The notes under the pieces: model-generated
What the model saw: the letters and a program-made list of their open reading frames with translations, nothing else
Told to the model about the DNA's origin: nothing
Databases searched by the model: none
Shown: positions 58,919 through 64,000 of the stretch, piece by piece
Numbering within the stretch: position 1 is the first letter of the stretch
Layout of the letters: each line of letters opens with the position of its first letter
Made by a program: the position numbers and the translations under genes
Assembly: GCA_965221905.1 (NCBI GenBank)
Contig: OZ244922.1
Span: 2,368,001-2,432,000, forward strand
Origin: Chloroflexota bacterium
Lineage (GTDB): Bacteria > Chloroflexota > UBA11872 > VXOZ01
Length of the DNA stretch: 64,000 nt
Direction: 5' to 3'

Positions 58919-59473
58919 ATGAACCCCGGTGGAATGGGAGCAATAGGGATAGAGCAGGGCGACGCGTACAACGGCTGGATCATCATTGGCAGAGTGAGGG
59001 CGCCCCATGGTGTGCGAGGCGAGTTTCGCGTTGAAATCCTTACCGACTTTCCTGAACGCTTCCAGGGCCTTAAGCGTTTGTACGTCGGAGAAACGCACGC
59101 GGCACATGACATAGAGAAGGCACGCTTTACACCTAAAGGCGCACTGCTCAAGCTCTCCGGTATTGACTCGCGCGATGCCGCGGCATCGTTTTCCCGCTCA
59201 TATATAGCCCTCCCCGAAGCAGAATTACCACCTCTCCCAACCGGCGCCTTCCACCACCATCAGATCAAAGGACTGGAAGTTTGCACGGAAGACGGCCGGA
59301 ATCTCGGCACCGTTATGGAAATACTCACTACCGGCGGCAACGATGTCTACATCGTGCGCGGCGAACTACATGGGGAAGTACTCCTGCCGGCAATCGCCGA
59401 TGTGATTCGTGCAATTGACCTTGAAGCGCAACGCATCACCGTACACCTCATTCCCGGTCTGCTGCCTGAATGA
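58919..59473 (+). CDS. rimM: Ribosome maturation factor RimM
   Basis: PHGVRGE, TDFPERF, GGNDVY, LLPAI. Confidence 0.96.
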   Translation: MNPGGMGAIGIEQGDAYNGWIIIGRVRAPHGVRGEFRVEILTDFPERFQGLKRLYVGETHAAHDIEKARFTPKGALLKLSGIDSRDAAASFSRSYIALPEAELPPLPTGAFHHHQIKGLEVCTEDGRNLGTVMEILTTGGNDVYIVRGELHGEVLLPAIADVIRAIDLEAQRITVHLIPGLLPE

Positions 59474-59768
59474 GGCTGAAATAGCGCGCTCACTTCACTC
59501 GCTCTGAACTGAAAAGTGTGCGCCACACTCAATTAGTCACGCTTTGCATGAAAACCCCAAGCATTAAGTAAGGTTTGGCGAACTCTAGAGAAGCGGCTCC
59601 GAAGAGAATTTTTAAAATTGCTCGCTGCCTATTCCAATTCGGCTACAAGAGCGACAACCAATTTGGCCGCTACAACCTGATTCGCTAGACCTGCTCCAGT
59701 AGATTCCCAAAACGCTATTGGAGCAAAGATAAAGCCTCGCGGCAATGTAGACGACTGCAAGTGAGCCC

Positions 59769-60500
59769 ATGCTGCGCGTAGACATCCTCACCCTATTCCC
59801 CGATTACTTTCGTGGTCCGCTTGAGCACGGGACACTCAGCCGCGCCGTGCAAGCAGGGCACTTGACTGTCACGGTGCATCAACTTCGAAACTGGGCTGAA
59901 GGCAAGCACCGGGTCACGGATGACTACACTTTCGGCGGCGGGACCGGCATGGTAATGAAGCCGGACCCGTTCTTTCGCGCTGTCGCGGACCTCACAACCC
60001 CCCAGTCCCGCGTCATCCTGCTCAGCCCATCCGGTCGTCTCCTCACGCAACAGGGCGTAGTAGACTTATCAGCACAAACACACCTGATCTTGCTGTGCGG
60101 GCGCTATGAAGGCGTGGACGAACGAGTTGCTCGTTACCTGGCAGATGACGAGGTCTCGATTGGAGATTACGTCGTAAGCGGCGGTGAGTTACCGGCTCTC
60201 GTGGTGCTCGATGCGACCGTGCGGCAACTGCCCGGCGTGATTGGCGGCGGCCCGGAGGCTGTGAGAGACGAGTCCCACTCTACCGGGCTCTTGGAGTATC
60301 CGCAGTATACGCGACCCGCGTCTTACCGGGATATGGCAGTACCGGAAGTCTTGCTTTCAGGCAATCACCGGCGCATTGAACAGTGGCGGCGCCAACAGTC
60401 ACTCTTGCGCACGCGTGAGCGGCGCCCCGATCTGCTGATGAACGCAGAGCTAAGCGAAGAAGACAAGAGTTTTCTTGCTGCGGAGCCAAATTGCGAATAG
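59769..60500 (+). CDS. trmD: tRNA (guanine-N1)-methyltransferase
   Basis: [33 protein letters not shown]. Confidence 0.98.
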   Translation: MLRVDILTLFPDYFRGPLEHGTLSRAVQAGHLTVTVHQLRNWAEGKHRVTDDYTFGGGTGMVMKPDPFFRAVADLTTPQSRVILLSPSGRLLTQQGVVDLSAQTHLILLCGRYEGVDERVARYLADDEVSIGDYVVSGGELPALVVLDATVRQLPGVIGGGPEAVRDESHSTGLLEYPQYTRPASYRDMAVPEVLLSGNHRRIEQWRRQQSLLRTRERRPDLLMNAELSEEDKSFLAAEPNCE

Positions 60501-60562
60501 CCCAACTAATGTGCTACTGTAGCAAGAGTGGATGTTGATTCATTGATAGATAAGAAACAGGC

Positions 60563-60907
60563 ATGACAACGATTATTGATGACATCGTTCAATCGCAACT
60601 CAAGTCGGACGTACCGGAATTTTCCCCCGGCGACACGGTGCGGGTAAACGTTAGGGTTGTAGAGAGCGGTCGAGAACGCACACAGGCCTTCGAGGGTGTA
60701 GTCCTTGCCCGTCGGTCCTCCGGCATCAACGAGAATTTTACCGTACGCCGCACTGCCCACGGCATCGGGGTGGAACGCACCTTCTTGCTCAATTCACCAC
60801 GCATCGAGAGTTTGAACGTGGTGCGTCGCGGTAAGGTGCGTCGCGCGAAGTTGTACTATCTCCGAGACCGCGTCGGCAAAGCCGCACGTATCAAGGAACG
60901 CCGGTAG
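60563..60907 (+). CDS. rplS: 50S ribosomal protein L19
   Basis: [27 protein letters not shown]. Confidence 0.98.
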   Translation: MTTIIDDIVQSQLKSDVPEFSPGDTVRVNVRVVESGRERTQAFEGVVLARRSSGINENFTVRRTAHGIGVERTFLLNSPRIESLNVVRRGKVRRAKLYYLRDRVGKAARIKERR

Positions 60908-60926
60908 TCAGACGCCCATTGGAAGG

Positions 60927-60964
60927 AATGCCCGCTCGCGTCACGTCAGGCGGGCATTATTGTG
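60927..60964 (+). terminator. Hairpin / probable terminator after rplS
   Basis: AATGCCCGC...GCGGGCATT stem followed by ATTGT. Confidence 0.5.
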
Positions 60965-60984
60965 TAATGCGTACATCCGTTCGC

Positions 60985-61767
60985 ATGGACAACCTAGCGA
61001 TTGAATGGTCTTGGCTGGACCGTGGCGCTACGTTGATTGCCGGTACGGATGAAGTTGGCCGCGGCGCTTGGGCCGGCCCCGTTGTTGCCGGCATGGTTGC
61101 CGCACATCCTCAGCTCTACCAATCACTGCCGACCGAACTCCATGGCGTTGACGATTCAAAGCTTCTCAGTCCGAAGCAACGCGCAATGCTCGCACCCAGA
61201 ATTATGCAGCATGCCGCCGCTTGGAGTCTCGGTGCGGCAACGTCTCGCGAAATCGCAGAGCTTGGCTTTGGCACAGCGATTCGTTTGGCCATCAGGCGGG
61301 CCTATGCAGACCTCTCTACGTCGCTCAAGCGCGCGCCGGATATCCTTCTAACTGACGCTGTAACGTTGCGCAATCCACCGGTTCGCGTCGAATCGTACCC
61401 CAAGGCCGATCAGCGCTGCCTCTCGGTGGCGATGGCCTCGATTCTGGCCAAAGTCTACCGCGACCGGCTAATGCGCCGCTTCGGTCCTGTATATCCTCAC
61501 TATGACTTCGCCAACAATAAGGGCTATGGCACACGCAGGCACCAGCAGGCATTGCTGCAATTCGGCCCTTGCGCCATTCATCGTGCAACTTTTCAGCCTG
61601 TGATGCGCGCGGCTTCACAACTTTTCTCACCTACTCGAACCACGCTCACGCCCGCGCGAAGATTCGCTGCGCAAGTTGAACAGCAACACTCTGTGCATAA
61701 TGTCGTTGCAGCGGCGGTGGACACTGCTCCCAATGCGGTGTGCCGTCAGTGGAGATGTGAACGGTGA
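60985..61767 (+). CDS. rnhB: Ribonuclease HII
   Basis: GTDEVGRG..AGPVV, DDSK, ASILAKV.RD, NKGYGT..H. Confidence 0.95.
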   Translation: MDNLAIEWSWLDRGATLIAGTDEVGRGAWAGPVVAGMVAAHPQLYQSLPTELHGVDDSKLLSPKQRAMLAPRIMQHAAAWSLGAATSREIAELGFGTAIRLAIRRAYADLSTSLKRAPDILLTDAVTLRNPPVRVESYPKADQRCLSVAMASILAKVYRDRLMRRFGPVYPHYDFANNKGYGTRRHQQALLQFGPCAIHRATFQPVMRAASQLFSPTRTTLTPARRFAAQVEQQHSVHNVVAAAVDTAPNAVCRQWRCER

Positions 61768-62138
61768 CAGCAAGCCGGCAACGTCAGAGAATCGGTCGGT
61801 GGGGAGAGGAAGTCGCCGCCCGCTACCTTGCCCGGCAGGGGTACAAAGTTCTGACCCGCAACTACCGTACACCAGCCGGAGAACTGGATATTGTCGCGCA
61901 AGACGGCAACTCCATCGTGTTCGTGGAAGTAAAGACGCGGCGTACATCTAGCTTTGGGCCTCCCCAAGCAGCAGTAACACCGACCAAAGCCGCGCATATT
62001 ATTGCGGCGGCCCAGCATTACCTCTTGGACACCGAACAGATCGAAGGCGATTGGCGCATTGACGTCGTTGCCGTTTTCGGCAGTCCGGATTCCCCCCCCG
62101 AAATTACCCTTATTCGCAGTGCAGTTGAGGCGAACTAG
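61764..62138 (+). CDS. YraN family (UPF0102) nuclease-like protein
   Basis: G.WGEE.A, GELDIVA, VFVEVKTR, RIDVV. Confidence 0.93.
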   Translation: MTASRQRQRIGRWGEEVAARYLARQGYKVLTRNYRTPAGELDIVAQDGNSIVFVEVKTRRTSSFGPPQAAVTPTKAAHIIAAAQHYLLDTEQIEGDWRIDVVAVFGSPDSPPEITLIRSAVEAN

Positions 62139-62143
62139 ATCGC

Positions 62144-63217
62144 ATGCCCACACTATGGAACACACCGTACACGCGTGAAGAGCTACTCAGCCGTGTCGGC
62201 AGCATGGATCAAGTCGGCGGCGCGCGGCGCTTGCGCTGGGAGGAAGGGCCGGAAGACGCCATGCTGGCCGCTGAAATGCGCACTGGAACGGGCTTGAATC
62301 TCTGGGTAACTCCGACGCGCGGTTTAGACGTTGCTCACGCCGAATATAACGGCATCCCGCTGGCATGGCGATCTCGCACCGGAGACGTCCACAGCGCGTA
62401 TTTCGAATCGCCTGGTATGGGCTGGCTGCGCGGGTTCTTCGGCGGACTAATCACTACCTGCGGACTGACGTACCTGGGAGCTCCCAGCACTGATCGTGAC
62501 GAGGAGCTTGGAATTCATGGCCGCATATCCTATACCGCCGCACGCAACGTCTTAGTAGACAACGAATGGGACGGCGACGACTACATAATGCGCGTGCAGG
62601 GACGGCTGACAGAAAGCACCGTCTTCGGCCACACTTTGATACTCACCCGGCGCATCTGGGCGCGTCTTGGCGAGTCAAGATTCTTTGTCCACGATAGTGT
62701 TGAAAACAGAGGGCGCAATCCAAGCCCTTTCATGTTGCTCTACCACATGAATGTCGGATTTCCGTTGGTACACCGCGACTCCCACTTACTTCTGCCTACT
62801 GTGAATGTTGAACCGCGTGACGCCGCCGCCCAAGTGGGAAGCGATGTGTATGATCGGTTCGAGGATCCGGACCCGGAATATGCTGAGCGAGTCTATTTCC
62901 ATGCCATGAAACCAAATGCGGACGGCCACGTGCACGCTGCCATCATAAACCCGGGCATTGGAGACGGCATCGGCATGTATGTGCGATATGACCCCCTTGA
63001 ACTGCCGTGCTTTACGGAATGGAAAATGATGAACAGCGACGAATATGTCGTCGGCTTGGAACCGGGAAACTGCCTACCTCTTGGGCGTGCCGTAGAGCGT
63101 AGCGAAGGTAGACTGCGATACTTGGAACCGGGGGAAGTGCAAGAGTTTCACTTGGAAGTCGGCGTACTGGATGGTAGTCGTGCGATCCGATCCTTTGAAC
63201 AGGCCATGCCAACATGA
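62144..63217 (+). CDS. Aldose 1-epimerase-like protein (DUF4432)
   Basis: RGLDV, GGLITTCGL...G.P, HGR, LYHMN.G.P, YVVGLEPGN. Confidence 0.88.
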   Translation: MPTLWNTPYTREELLSRVGSMDQVGGARRLRWEEGPEDAMLAAEMRTGTGLNLWVTPTRGLDVAHAEYNGIPLAWRSRTGDVHSAYFESPGMGWLRGFFGGLITTCGLTYLGAPSTDRDEELGIHGRISYTAARNVLVDNEWDGDDYIMRVQGRLTESTVFGHTLILTRRIWARLGESRFFVHDSVENRGRNPSPFMLLYHMNVGFPLVHRDSHLLLPTVNVEPRDAAAQVGSDVYDRFEDPDPEYAERVYFHAMKPNADGHVHAAIINPGIGDGIGMYVRYDPLELPCFTEWKMMNSDEYVVGLEPGNCLPLGRAVERSEGRLRYLEPGEVQEFHLEVGVLDGSRAIRSFEQAMPT

Positions 63218-63945
63218 AACCGATCACCGTTATCTGGTCCGATGGCGTGAGCGAAGCAGAGGCCAATGAGTCTATTGGCGCCATGCGAGAATTCTTGCGC
63301 TATCTGCAAGGCGTGGCCCAGGACCAGGACATCGGCCTTACACCAATCGTGTTGCGCCCTTTCGGCAATTGGATTCTAAAGGGTGCTGCCGGCATGCAGG
63401 CATACCACTCCTTCCGTTGGTATTGGGAATCAAGCCTCGATCAACACACCGGCCGGGTTTCTGCAGCAACATTCATTGAGATCGTGCGCTATGAACCATG
63501 GCAGCACGCCGAACCTCATCTCGACCTTGCGCTCCTCCATACAGAGTTGAGTAACGACACGCAAAAGACCGATGGAGACTTTCCTTCAGTATTCGCCTGC
63601 ACGGAGCCTGACTTAGTCACGGTGATTTCGATCCGCCACCTGTCACACATCGCTGATCGCGAACTGCGCCTTACGTGCTTGCGCAGCTTAGTCTTGCACA
63701 ACTTCGGTCACTTAGTCGGCCTTCCTTATGGTCTGCAGAGCACGATGCAGCAGCCATCGGAATCGACAGCAGTCCCGCGTGATTCTTCACGCACGTGCGC
63801 AATGCCATGCATAATGTACGAAGCACAGTCCGTCGATGAATTAATGGCAGTCGCAACTGGAGAAAAAGAGGATCTGGTACTTTGCCGCCCGTGCCTTGAA
63901 GTCTTGCGCTCGCTTGTGTTCAGCCTGCACTTTTCTGCCAATTGA
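63214..63945 (+). CDS. Archaemetzincin-like (zincin-fold) protein with degenerate HExxH
   Basis: LHNFGHLVGL followed by C...CIM and a terminal CxxC; coupled to the upstream gene by an ATGA overlap. Confidence 0.6.
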   Translation: MKPITVIWSDGVSEAEANESIGAMREFLRYLQGVAQDQDIGLTPIVLRPFGNWILKGAAGMQAYHSFRWYWESSLDQHTGRVSAATFIEIVRYEPWQHAEPHLDLALLHTELSNDTQKTDGDFPSVFACTEPDLVTVISIRHLSHIADRELRLTCLRSLVLHNFGHLVGLPYGLQSTMQQPSESTAVPRDSSRTCAMPCIMYEAQSVDELMAVATGEKEDLVLCRPCLEVLRSLVFSLHFSAN

Positions 63946-64000
63946 TCTCAGGGCAAGGCGTTTGCATGGCACTGCGACGATAGAAGGGCAAAGTCTCAAC

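Overview
GC-rich bacterial chromosome segment, probably Chloroflexota. That assignment is an inference from the S12 insertion, the Zn-ribbon L24, the S10 '[12 protein letters not shown]' motif and the protein repertoire. The first half (1-33.5 kb) is a mixed metabolic and accessory region. It holds an ArsR plus P1B-ATPase metal-efflux unit, an archaeal-type ATP-dependent DNA ligase, a cbiZ-like/folE/folC/histidine-phosphatase/pncB cofactor operon, D-amino-acid enzymes, tRNA-Pro(TGG), an orphan sugar-binding lipoprotein opposite a GH15, a lipoprotein metallopeptidase, a XerD-like recombinase, pcm, ppdK, lspA-rluA-fabH and a deleted sulfatase. The second half (33.8-55.5 kb) is the complete str-S10-spc-alpha ribosomal superoperon through truA-rplM-rpsI. 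It is followed by scpAB and rpsP-khpA-rimM-trmD-rplS-rnhB-yraN. I found no CRISPR array, transposase, prophage or clearly novel multi-gene system. The most unusual observations are: (1) an in-frame insertion in folC made of a REP-like palindrome joined to an 11 x 18-bp tandem array encoding a His/Glu-rich repeat; (2) two conserved genes that lack a canonical start codon; (3) several enzymes with altered catalytic motifs; (4) a natural K43R-type S12 allele; (5) a sulfatase with its core deleted; (6) TAG as the dominant stop codon.
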